DNA of 64,000 bases. Origin: Acidimicrobiales bacterium. Its GTDB lineage: Bacteria > Actinomycetota > Acidimicrobiia > Acidimicrobiales > AC-14. This document shows, in pieces, positions 38,844-46,695 of the stretch (within the stretch, counting starts at the first letter, position 1; each line of letters opens with the position of its first letter). The position numbers and the translations under genes are program-made. The stretch spans positions 1,385-65,384 of the forward strand of contig JBBRXY010000009.1 of NCBI GenBank assembly GCA_038238185.1, written 5' to 3'. The notes under the pieces are model-generated. The model had not been told where the DNA came from and ran no database searches. It worked only from the letters and a program-made list of their open reading frames with translations.

Positions 38844-40082
38844 TCAGCGCCGGGCGCGGGTCACCCGACGGGTCACGAAGGCGGCGAGGATCAACATCAT
38901 CCCCATCGGCAGCCACGGTGCCTCGGCGCCGGTGCGGGCCAGCTCGGCGGCCTTGACCTCGGCCGGCGGGTTCTCCGGTGGGTTCACCGACTGGGTGATG
39001 AGGGCCTTGGCCCCGCCCACCGCAGACTCGGCGTGGGCCAGCTCGAGATTGATGCCACCGGAGACGCCTTTCAGCAGCTGGAGGCTCACGCCATCGGCCA
39101 CCGCCCCGACGGTGCCGTCAGGGTTCGAGATGGTGCGGCCCGCACCGATCGAGATGGTCGATTCGAGGAGGGTGCCGGGGAACAGCACGATGGGTGCGCC
39201 CAGGCCGACAGGCACGGTCAAACCGAGTACCTGGAGGGTGAGCAGGGAGGGGTCGAAGGAGGCTGCGCTCTGGCCCGTGGAGCGGTCGAACGTCGAGCTG
39301 GCCTTCGCCGACCCGAGCACGATGGAGATGAGCGGGGGGGCGCCCACCAGCCCGAGCCCGGGCAGCACGTCGATCTCGCCGCCCTGGGCCGTGGCCAGCG
39401 CCGTGACCTTGCCGGCGTCGGTGGTGACCGACGACGTGGTGTCGCCGACGTGGACCGTGGCCAGGTTGGTCACGTTCTCCAAGGCGTCCACCAGGCTGCT
39501 CACCGGGCTGTTCAGGTTGAGTCCCAGGTTCCCGAGCAGGGGATCGAGGGCGCCACCGAGCAATGGTTGCAGGGTGCTCGTGACCGTGCCGATGACCTGA
39601 TCGAGGACCGGCGTGAGGGCGTTGAGGATCGGCCGGAGCAGATCGAGGACGAGGTTGAGGAGGCCGACGTCGATGTCAGCGATGTTCGCCGCGGCAGCGG
39701 CCATGGGATTGCCCCCGTTGGCCGAGGCCGACGACTGGGAGCAGGCGAGGGCCACGGTGAGGATGCCCTGGATGGGCAGGTTCAGGGCACAGGCCTTGGG
39801 CGACGACTGGTCTTGGCCGGCCGTGGCGTCGGCCTTGCTGGTGGAGTCGGCGATCAGGCCCAGACCGGAGCCGTTGGCATGGGCCTCGGGCGTCGAGTTG
39901 GCCTGGGCATCGGTGGACCCGGCCGTGAGCTTGATCCCGAGCACGTCAAGATTGAGTGCCCGGGCCGCGGCACTTCCGGCGAAGGCTTCGGCGTTGTCGG
40001 CTGAGGCAGGTGTCGTGGCGAAGAGCCCGGACACGACCATGCTCGACAGTGCGAGAGCGCAGAGGCGCCCAGTAATTCTCAC
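38844..40082 (-). CDS. LAxTG (LARTG) cell-wall-anchored surface protein of unknown function
   Basis: GTG at 40082 preceded by GAGGGGGA. Signal peptide (LCALALSSMVVSGLFATTPASA). The C-terminal sorting signal LARTG plus TM helix plus RRVTRARR matches class E sortase substrates. Confidence 0.8.
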   Translation of the reverse strand: MRITGRLCALALSSMVVSGLFATTPASADNAEAFAGSAAARALNLDVLGIKLTAGSTDAQANSTPEAHANGSGLGLIADSTSKADATAGQDQSSPKACALNLPIQGILTVALACSQSSASANGGNPMAAAAANIADIDVGLLNLVLDLLRPILNALTPVLDQVIGTVTSTLQPLLGGALDPLLGNLGLNLNSPVSSLVDALENVTNLATVHVGDTTSSVTTDAGKVTALATAQGGEIDVLPGLGLVGAPPLISIVLGSAKASSTFDRSTGQSAASFDPSLLTLQVLGLTVPVGLGAPIVLFPGTLLESTISIGAGRTISNPDGTVGAVADGVSLQLLKGVSGGINLELAHAESAVGGAKALITQSVNPPENPPAEVKAAELARTGAEAPWLPMGMMLILAAFVTRRVTRARR

Positions 40083-40226
40083 GTTTTTTCGTCCCCCTCG
40101 GACCGGTGCCTTTGTCGGCCTGTGATGCGGGCATGAACAAGCCCGCCTCCACAAGATGGCGGAAGTGTCAGCCGCGTCACACAACAGATTCGCCGTCGTC
40201 GCCCGAACTCCTGCTTCAGGGCGGCA

Positions 40227-40622
40227 CTAGCGCTCTACGCGCATGGTGGCCGAGGCCTCGAGCGTCAGATCACCGAGGGCGGCGCCGACGAGGGGTACCC
40301 GGCTCGGCGCCCGGTACCGGACCTCGACCCGGACGTGGGTGCCCGGGCCACCGCGACCGCTGACGCCGACCTCGAGACGGTCGCCGTCGAGGTTTGAGCC
40401 GGCCAGCGCCACGCGGCGCACGGCGTCGGGGTTGGCTTCCACGGCCGCTTCCCGAGCCGCTTCTCGTGCGGCGTGGACCACGAGCACCTGGTCGCGTACG
40501 AGTAAGCCGACTTGCACTACGGCCAGGAGAACGAGCGCGACGAGGGGGAGGACGAGGGCCAGCTCCACTGCGGACTGGCCCCCGTCTCCCTGTCCCCTCG
40601 TTCTCAGGCCACCACGGCTCAC
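40227..40622 (-). CDS. TadE-like pseudopilin / pilus assembly protein
   Basis: GTG at 40622 in GTGA overlap with the flp stop. GGQSAVELALVLPLVALVLLAVVQVG is the TadE N-terminal motif. Confidence 0.7.
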   Translation of the reverse strand: MSRGGLRTRGQGDGGQSAVELALVLPLVALVLLAVVQVGLLVRDQVLVVHAAREAAREAAVEANPDAVRRVALAGSNLDGDRLEVGVSGRGGPGTHVRVEVRYRAPSRVPLVGAALGDLTLEASATMRVER

Positions 40623-40870
40623 TTCACCTTGCCGGTGATGGCATTGAGCACGGCATCGAACAGCTTGCCGATGAGATCGGACTTGGTGGCCCAGGCCACG
40701 AGGAGTAGGGCGATGGCCGCGGCGCCGAGGAGGACCAGGGCGTACTCGGCTGAGGTCTGCCCCCGCTCGTCGCGCCGCAGGCGTCGGGTGATCGTGGTGG
40801 CGAGGGTCGACGGTTGACCCGAGGCGAGGGCCAGGAGGGCCGTGTGGACGTGGATGTAGGCAGCGAGCAT
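40619..40870 (-). CDS. flp: Flp-family type IVb pilin (actinobacterial DUF4244-like)
   Basis: AAGGAG lies 6 nt before the ATG. Processing and assembly motif RG/QTSAEYALVLLGAAAIALLLV. Confidence 0.75.
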   Translation of the reverse strand: MLAAYIHVHTALLALASGQPSTLATTITRRLRRDERGQTSAEYALVLLGAAAIALLLVAWATKSDLIGKLFDAVLNAITGKVK

Positions 40871-40954
40871 GTGGTGCTCCTTCGTTTCGTTGGAAACTTC
40901 GATGGGGGAAAGCGCCGGGGGAGGGCGGGAGATGAAGCGTCAGGGGATGACGCG

Positions 40955-41818
40955 TCAGACGCGGAGCGAGCGAACGGCGCTGGCGATGAGGGGCGCCACG
41001 GTGAGCAGCCCGAAGGCGGGGAGCGTGCAGGTGACCAGAGGGAAGAGGAGTTTCACGGGGACCTTCCGGGCCGCCTCCTCGGCCCGGCGGCGGTGATCGC
41101 GCCGAACCTCGTCGGCCAGGCGTTCGAGGCTGGTCACGAGCGGGGCGCCGTAGCGTTCGGAGGCGACGAGCGCCCCCACCAGGGGACGGACTGCCTCGCC
41201 GGCCCGAGCCGGGAGGTCGTCGAGCGCGTCGGCGAGGCGCCGCCCGAGGGCCACCTCCTGGGTGACCCGGCGCAACTCCGCGGTGAGCGGCCCCGACCCG
41301 CGGCGGGCCACGTGGCTCACCGCCAGCCCGACGGTGAGGCCGGCGCCCACAGCGAGGGTGAGGAGGTCGACCACGTCGGGAAGGTCTGCCGCCAGTGTGG
41401 CCAGGCGACGGCGCTCTCGGCGTCCGGCGCCGATGCCGGGCACGCCCCACGCCACCAGGGCGGCGACCGGCGAGGCCAGCGGGACGACGGGCACCACGAC
41501 GGCCGCCACGGCCACCGCCGTCCCGAGCCGGCGGGCCCGGGTCGGCGACGGTGGCTGGTGGACCCGTCGCAGCAACCAGGCGCCGAGGCGTTCGAGGAGG
41601 CATCCCGCTGCGTGCGCCAGCCCGGTAGGGCCGGCGACGGTGATACCGGCGGCCCGGCTGCTCGTCGGCGTGGTTCGGCCGGTGAGGGTCCGCACCCGTT
41701 CCGGCGCGGGACGCCATCGGAGCGACGCGGCCACGACCACTGCGGCCCATGCGCCGGGAAGCAGGGCACCCCACCCGGCTGCGAGGATGCCGACCGAGGC
41801 GGTCACCGTCGCCGTCAC
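40955..41818 (-). CDS. tadC: TadC-like type II secretion system F-family membrane protein
   Basis: GTG at 41818 in GTGA overlap with the tadB stop. T2SSF domain (LPDVVDLLTLAVGAGLTVGLAV...ERYGAPLVTSLERLADEVR...KVPVKLLFPLVTCTLPAFGLLTVAP). Confidence 0.75.
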   Translation of the reverse strand: MTATVTASVGILAAGWGALLPGAWAAVVVAASLRWRPAPERVRTLTGRTTPTSSRAAGITVAGPTGLAHAAGCLLERLGAWLLRRVHQPPSPTRARRLGTAVAVAAVVVPVVPLASPVAALVAWGVPGIGAGRRERRRLATLAADLPDVVDLLTLAVGAGLTVGLAVSHVARRGSGPLTAELRRVTQEVALGRRLADALDDLPARAGEAVRPLVGALVASERYGAPLVTSLERLADEVRRDHRRRAEEAARKVPVKLLFPLVTCTLPAFGLLTVAPLIASAVRSLRV

Positions 41819-42915
41819 GGGTTCACCCGGGAAAGGCGGTTCATCCACATCCACCCGAGGCCGTCGAGGACACCGCCGGCGGCGAGCAGGGCGAACCCGG
41901 CACCGGTGTGGAAGAGGAAGACGGCGGTCCGGGGATCGGTGGTGGCGGCGAAGGCCCCGAACCCGAGCGGGGCCAGGCTGATCACCAGTGCGGAGATGCG
42001 CGCTTGGGACGACAGGGCGCGGACCTCGGCGAGCACGGCCAGGCGGTCGCGAAGGGTGGTGGCCACTCCGTCGACGGCCTGGGCTTGGGCGCCACCGGTC
42101 TCCGCGCCCAGGCAGAGGGCGGCCACGGCCAGGCGGACACCCGGGAGGGGGCGACGGTCGGCCAGGTGGTCGAGGGCCTGCACGAGCGGTACTCCCCGCT
42201 CGGCCTGGGTCGACACCCGTTCGAGCTCCTGGCCGAGGGGGCCTGGTGTCCGGGCCGCGGCCTCGCCGACCGCCTGGCGGAGTGATGCGCCGGTGCGCTG
42301 CGCCCGGGCCACCGCCTCGAGCGCCCCCGGCAGGGCGGATTCCACCCGTGCGTCGCCCCGGCCCCGGCGGGCCCGGAGGACGACGATGGGCCCTGCGATG
42401 GCGAGCGCGGTGCTGCCGAGGGCGAGGGTCGGTCCGGCAGCGACGAGGACGACGAGGCTCGACACCGGGACGCCGGCACACCACAGTGTCCAGGCCGCGG
42501 CCGGATCCACGTCGAGGTCGGCGGCCACCAGCGCGGGACCCAGCCACCGGGGCCCGCCTCCCCAGCGGTTCTGGTCGGGCTTCTGGTCGTCCTGACGACC
42601 AGAAACCCGACCAGTTCGGGATGGCGCGCCGTGCAGGTGGTCTGAGTCGTGGGTCGGCAACCGCCGGACGACGGTGGTGCGACGGGCGGCACCGAGAGCG
42701 AGGCGCACGGCCAGACAGAGTGCCGCCACCAACGCACCGCTCGCCAACGCGCCGGTGACGGTGTGGAGGCCGGCCACTGCGTTCAGGCCACGCAGGCCGG
42801 CCACTGCGTTCAGGCCACGCAGGCCGGCCACTGCGTTCAGGCCACGCAGGCCGGCCACTGCGTTCAGGCCACGCAGGCCGGCCACTGCGTTCAGGCCACG
42901 CAGGCCGGTGGTCAT
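41815..42915 (-). CDS. tadB: TadB-like type II secretion system F-family membrane protein with an N-terminal (GLRGLNAVA)x5 repeat
   Basis: ATG at 42915 in ATGA overlap with the tadA stop. T2SSF domain (LPGALEAVARAQRTGASLRQAV...ERGVPLVQALDHLADR...LSSQARISALVISLAPLGF). Confidence 0.75.
   Translation of the reverse strand: MTTGLRGLNAVAGLRGLNAVAGLRGLNAVAGLRGLNAVAGLRGLNAVAGLHTVTGALASGALVAALCLAVRLALGAARRTTVVRRLPTHDSDHLHGAPSRTGRVSGRQDDQKPDQNRWGGGPRWLGPALVAADLDVDPAAAWTLWCAGVPVSSLVVLVAAGPTLALGSTALAIAGPIVVLRARRGRGDARVESALPGALEAVARAQRTGASLRQAVGEAAARTPGPLGQELERVSTQAERGVPLVQALDHLADRRPLPGVRLAVAALCLGAETGGAQAQAVDGVATTLRDRLAVLAEVRALSSQARISALVISLAPLGFGAFAATTDPRTAVFLFHTGAGFALLAAGGVLDGLGWMWMNRLSRVNP
42768..42910. 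repeat. Perfect 27-bp tandem repeat, 5 full copies plus a partial one (unit ggccggccactgcgttcaggccacgca)
   Basis: Read directly. Copies start at 42768, 42795, 42822, 42849 and 42876. In frame (9 codons) within the tadB 5' end. Confidence 0.95.
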
Positions 42916-44150
42916 GGCTCCAACCACGTGGTATCCGGCGGAATGAAGCCCGGGGCCCGGCCCTGTCGCTCCGGGAGAGCGACCACCGACCTGGCACCGG
43001 CCAGCCGCCGGGTGCGGCCGCCGGGCCCTTCCGGGCCGGGCACACGCCTTCGTCGACCATCGTCGCCCCCGCGCCGGTCGGTGGCCTGGCGCACCTCGGC
43101 CACCTCCACCACTTGGCGGGAACCGCCGGGGGCCCGTGCCACCTGGACGACGAGGTCGAGGGCGGACTCGAGTTGGGTGCGCACGGCGTCGAGAGGAAGG
43201 TCGACGTCGCCCATCAGGATCATCGTCTCGAGGCGCCGCAGGGCGTCGACCGGGCTGTTGGCGTGGCAGGTCGACAGCGAACCTTCGTGGCCGGTGTTCA
43301 TGGCCTGGAGCATGTCGAGGGCCTCGGGGCCCCGGACCTCGCCGACGAGGATGCGATCGGGTCGCATGCGCAGGGCGTTGCGGACCAGGGTGCGGACGGA
43401 GACGGCTCCTGCTCCCTCGGCGTTGGCCGGGCGAGCCTCCAGGCGCACGACGTGGTCGGCGGGAAGGCGCAGCTCGGCCGCATCCTCCACGGTGACGACC
43501 CGTTCCCCGGGTGGGATGTGGCCGCCCAGGGCATTGAGCAGCGTGGTCTTTCCGGCACCGGTGCCGCCCGACACCAGGATGTTGAACCGGGCCCCGACCG
43601 CCCAGGCCAGCAGGGCGGCGACGCTCGGTGCGGCGAAGGCGCTCAGCGGCACGGGCCGGGTCCCGAAGCGGCGGATGGTGAGGCAGGGCCCGTCGACGGC
43701 CAGGGGCGGTACGACGGCGTTCACCCGGGAGCCATCGGGCAGGCGAGCATCCACGAGGGGCGCAGACCGGTCGACCCGGAGCCCGAGGGGGCCCACCACC
43801 CTCTCGATGAGGTGCTCGATGGCGGCGGCGTCGAGGTCGAGGGGAATGCGTTCGAGGCGGCCGGCCCGCTCCACCCAGACCCTTTCAGGTCCGTTGACCA
43901 TGACCTCGGTGACGGTGGGGTCGGCCAGGAGCGGCTCCAGCGGCCCGAGCCCCTGCACCTCGGCAAGGACCTCCTCGACCACTCGGGCCCGCTGGGCGGC
44001 GCCGAGCAGTGGAGCCTCCTCGCCCACGAGGACGGCCAACCGTTCGGGGAGCACCGCACCGACACCCTCGGCCAGCAAACGGGCGTGCACCCGGGACCGA
44101 ACCGAGACATCATCCCGCTCGGTCACGGGACAGGACCCGACGAGGCTCAC
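42912..44150 (-). CDS. tadA: TadA/CpaF-family pilus assembly ATPase
   Basis: Walker A (ILVSGGTGAGKTTLLNAL), Asp and Walker B boxes (RVVTVEDAAEL, RPDRILVGEVRG) and His box (AMNTGHEGSLSTCHAN). Start set at the GTG at 44150; an in-frame ATG at 44219 is an alternative. Confidence 0.92.
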   Translation of the reverse strand: MSLVGSCPVTERDDVSVRSRVHARLLAEGVGAVLPERLAVLVGEEAPLLGAAQRARVVEEVLAEVQGLGPLEPLLADPTVTEVMVNGPERVWVERAGRLERIPLDLDAAAIEHLIERVVGPLGLRVDRSAPLVDARLPDGSRVNAVVPPLAVDGPCLTIRRFGTRPVPLSAFAAPSVAALLAWAVGARFNILVSGGTGAGKTTLLNALGGHIPPGERVVTVEDAAELRLPADHVVRLEARPANAEGAGAVSVRTLVRNALRMRPDRILVGEVRGPEALDMLQAMNTGHEGSLSTCHANSPVDALRRLETMILMGDVDLPLDAVRTQLESALDLVVQVARAPGGSRQVVEVAEVRQATDRRGGDDGRRRRVPGPEGPGGRTRRLAGARSVVALPERQGRAPGFIPPDTTWLEP

Positions 44151-44284
44151 GGCTGGACCGTCGCCCGCAGGGCGTCGACTCCGCGCTCCCGACACGGGTG
44201 CCCCGTGGGGAGATGGCATGTGGGCCCGCCGCCGACAAGGCGGTGGGAGGGGCCGGCCACGGGACAGGACCCGACGAGGCTCAT
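44147..44284 (-). CDS. Possible 45-codon coupling ORF between the tadZ-like gene and tadA (MSLVGSCPVAGPSHRLVGGGPTCHLPTGHPCRERGVDALRATVQP)
   Basis: Its ATG at 44284 overlaps the upstream stop (ATGA) and its TGA overlaps the tadA GTG (GTGA). Its first 9 codons are a 26-nt duplicate of the tadA start. It may be a duplication scar rather than a gene. Confidence 0.3.
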   Translation of the reverse strand: MSLVGSCPVAGPSHRLVGGGPTCHLPTGHPCRERGVDALRATVQP

Positions 44285-44928
44285 GCCGCGTCCCGGAGCG
44301 ATCGCTCCAGCGCCCGGGGAACGCGACGGGACAGCAACCCGGCGTCGACGGCACGGGCCACCGCCGGGTCGTAGGCGATCTCCGCCCGTACCGGCACCCC
44401 GAGCACCTCCTCGATATCGCGCCGGCCGAGGGAGCGGCCCTCCTCGCCGACCAGGATTACTCCTGTCGGTCGCAGTGGCGCGGCCAGGGCCCGGCGCAGG
44501 GCCAGGTAGCACGGGCGCAGCACCAGCAGGGACACGGTCGCCCCGGCGGCCACCGCCAGCGCCACACCGTCTTCGGCGCGACCGCAGTCGGCCACGACCG
44601 GTCGACGCTCGACGGTGAGGGCGGCGGCGAGCGCTTGAGGCCTCCCCGACACGGCCGACCCCGTGGAGCCCCGGGCCAGGAGCCGGAGGCCGGGGGCGGC
44701 ATCCAGCTCGAGGCGACTCAGGGCATCGTCGGGCACCTCCGACCCGGCCGCCAACCAGTCGGACAGGCCGGGTCCGTCGGGTTCGGGAATCCCGAGGGCG
44801 GCCGGGACGTCACCCGCCAGGTCGACGAGGAGAGCGGCCCCTTTGGTGCTGGCGAGGATCAGGCTGAGGGCAGCCGAGACGACGGTGGTTCCGCTGCCAC
44901 CCTTGGGCGACCAGCAGGCAATGAGCAT
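44281..44928 (-). CDS. ParA/MinD-like protein with a deviant Walker A (TadZ/CpaE- or Ssd-like)
   Basis: MLIACWSPKGGSGTTVVSAALSL (the KGGxGKT lysine is replaced by T). It occupies the first position of the tad cluster. Confidence 0.65.
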   Translation of the reverse strand: MLIACWSPKGGSGTTVVSAALSLILASTKGAALLVDLAGDVPAALGIPEPDGPGLSDWLAAGSEVPDDALSRLELDAAPGLRLLARGSTGSAVSGRPQALAAALTVERRPVVADCGRAEDGVALAVAAGATVSLLVLRPCYLALRRALAAPLRPTGVILVGEEGRSLGRRDIEEVLGVPVRAEIAYDPAVARAVDAGLLSRRVPRALERSLRDAA

Positions 44929-45229
44929 GTGAACCCCTCCCCGGGGCGCGGACGAACTGGCTCGGGGGAAGGGGGGGCGTGGCTACGGTACGGGCCGGAC
45001 CACGAGGTGCGCAAGGCCTTTCCGCCATTTCTTGCTTCTAGGCCATTGCCTGCAGTTGTCGACTGGCGCCGTGACCAACCGGCACGGCGCCGCGCGCCGC
45101 CACCGCGGAGGGCAGAGGGCACCTGCGACCGAACTAGCGAGTACACGACGCCGACTGCGGACTGCCACGACGAACTCGGATGCCGAATCGGGGGCGCGCC
45201 AAAGCGCGACCCGGCGCGTACAGCCAACT

Positions 45230-45261
45230 GTTCTCGGGCCGACCCGCGGGCCGGCGAGAAC
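45230..45261 (-). terminator. GC-rich hairpin immediately after the stop of the 24-aa ORF
   Basis: GTTCTCG...CGAGAAC outer inverted repeat enclosing GCCGGCCCGCGGGTCGGC. No U-tract, so an intrinsic-terminator function is uncertain. Confidence 0.3.
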
Positions 45262-45336
45262 TCAGGCGGCGCGCACCTTCTTGGCGGCCACGACGCCGAG
45301 AGCAACCAGGATTGCGATGATCAGAAGCTTCTTCAT
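45262..45336 (-). CDS. Possible 24-aa single-TM micropeptide (MKKLLIIAILVALGVVAAKKVRAA)
   Basis: Translated by hand (below the ORF-track cutoff). Clean Lys-flanked hydrophobic helix. It resembles the N-termini of small actinobacterial membrane peptides. Confidence 0.4.
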   Translation of the reverse strand: MKKLLIIAILVALGVVAAKKVRAA

Positions 45337-45402
45337 GGGCGCGAGCTTAACCTGCCGATGTCGGCCGTGGAAAGGGGCTGTAGGCGCGGTAGGGTGACCG
45401 AC

Positions 45403-45498
45403 GGAGGTGTCCGGGCGCCTGGTGGGCCCCCCCGCCTTCAAAGCGGGTGGGACGGGTGATCCCCGTCCGGCGGGTTCGATTCCCGTCCACCTCCGCCA
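45403..45498 (+). tRNA. selC: tRNA-Sec (selenocysteine, anticodon TCA)
   Basis: Anticodon arm CCCGC-CTTCAAA-GCGGG. Long variable arm GGACGGG-TGATC-CCCGTCC. T arm GCGGG-TTCGATT-CCCGT. Extended acceptor GGAGGTG(T)/(C)CACCTCC, G discriminator and encoded CCA. 96 nt. The D arm could not be folded confidently by hand. Confidence 0.8.
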
Positions 45499-45580
45499 TG
45501 TCTCTCTGGCAGGTGCTTTGATTGTTCTGGGCAGCGTTTGGGTGGTCAGGACGACCATGAACCTGCCCAGAACGAAAGCT

Positions 45581-46519
45581 TTAGACCGCCAGGAGGTCTC
45601 GCGCTCCGGTGTCGCTGCTCGGGTGGCGGAGCTTGGACATGGCGCGGGCCTCGATCTGGCGGATGCGCTCGCGGGTCAGGTTGAAGTGCTCGCCGACCTC
45701 TTCGAGGGTACGGGGCTCGCCGCGGTCGAGACCGAAGCGCAGGCGCAGGATCTCGCGCTCACGTTCGTCGAGCGGCCCGAGGAGCTTGGCGATCTCGTCG
45801 GGCAGGAGGGCGGTGGCGGCCACCTCGAACGGCGACTCGGCTGACCGGTCTTCGACCACGTCGCCCAGCTCGGCGTCGCCGTCCTCGCGGAGAGGTTCGG
45901 AGAGCGACAGGGGTTCGGCGGCGAAACGCAGGGCCTCGGTGACCTTGTCCTCGGGCATCTCGACTTCGGCGGCCAACTCCGACAGGGTGGCCGGACGACC
46001 CAGCTTGAGCTCGAGACGGGCGCGGGCCTTCTGGAGACGGGCCAGCGTGTCGCCTGCGTGCACAGGCAGCCGGATGGTGCGCCCGGTGTTGGCGATGCCC
46101 CTGGTGATGGCCTGGCGGATCCACCAGGTGGCGTAGGTGGAGAACTTGAAGCCCTTGCGCCAGTCGAACTTCTCGACGGCGTGCATGAGGCCCAGGTTTC
46201 CCTCCTGAATGAGGTCGAGGAGGGGCAGGCCGGAGGCCTGGTACTTCTTGGCGATGGAGACCACCAGCCGCAGGTTGGACTTCACAAAGGTCGACTGGGC
46301 CAGCACACCCTCGGAGGCCACCCGGCGCAGTTCGCGTCGTTTGGCCTGCGTGAGCCCGGTGCCCTCGACGTCGGCCTGGCAACGGGCGGCGTTGCCCGCC
46401 TCGATGGCCTTGGCCAGGCGGACCTCGTCGTCCTTGGTGAGCAGGGGGTACTGCCCGATGTCGGTCAGGTAAAGACGAACAAGATCTTCCTCGTCGCGCT
46501 CTACTCGCTCCTTCGGCAA
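45581..46519 (-). CDS. RNA polymerase sigma-70 factor, group 1/2 (RpoD/SigB-like, no region 1.1)
   Basis: DLVRLYLTDIGQYPLLTKDDEVRLAK, region 2 (NLRLVVSIAKKYQASGLPLLDLIQEGNLGLMHAVEKFDWRKGFKFSTYATWWIRQAI) and region 4 (LEEVGEHFNLTRERIRQIEARAMSKLR). Confidence 0.95.
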   Translation of the reverse strand: MPKERVERDEEDLVRLYLTDIGQYPLLTKDDEVRLAKAIEAGNAARCQADVEGTGLTQAKRRELRRVASEGVLAQSTFVKSNLRLVVSIAKKYQASGLPLLDLIQEGNLGLMHAVEKFDWRKGFKFSTYATWWIRQAITRGIANTGRTIRLPVHAGDTLARLQKARARLELKLGRPATLSELAAEVEMPEDKVTEALRFAAEPLSLSEPLREDGDAELGDVVEDRSAESPFEVAATALLPDEIAKLLGPLDEREREILRLRFGLDRGEPRTLEEVGEHFNLTRERIRQIEARAMSKLRHPSSDTGARDLLAV

Positions 46520-46631
46520 AATGAACCTCTTCGTGTTGTTCGCGGTGTCGCTACGGGCACTTGGTCAAACGTCGCGACGGACGCGACGATTCCGACCAGC
46601 CGGGACGGGGACCTCTGGTGCTGTAGGACAG

Positions 46632-46637
46632 ATTCTA
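46632..46637 (-). promoter_or_regulatory. Candidate -10 element (TAGAAT) for the sigma-factor gene
   Basis: The minus strand reads ...TTGGGCcccttgaccgggcgggTAGAAT, about 110 nt upstream of the start. The -35 match is weak. Prediction by eye only. Confidence 0.25.
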
Positions 46638-46695
46638 CCCGCCCGGTCAAGGGGCCCAACCCTCGGCGCCAATTGTCAATCCATTTGAGAGTATC

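Noticed and set aside
42768-42910. Possible CRISPR array (regular 27-bp repeats); also the 15-bp array at 56039..56227.
   Set aside because: The repeats are directly abutting with no spacers and lie in frame inside coding sequences. No cas genes are present.
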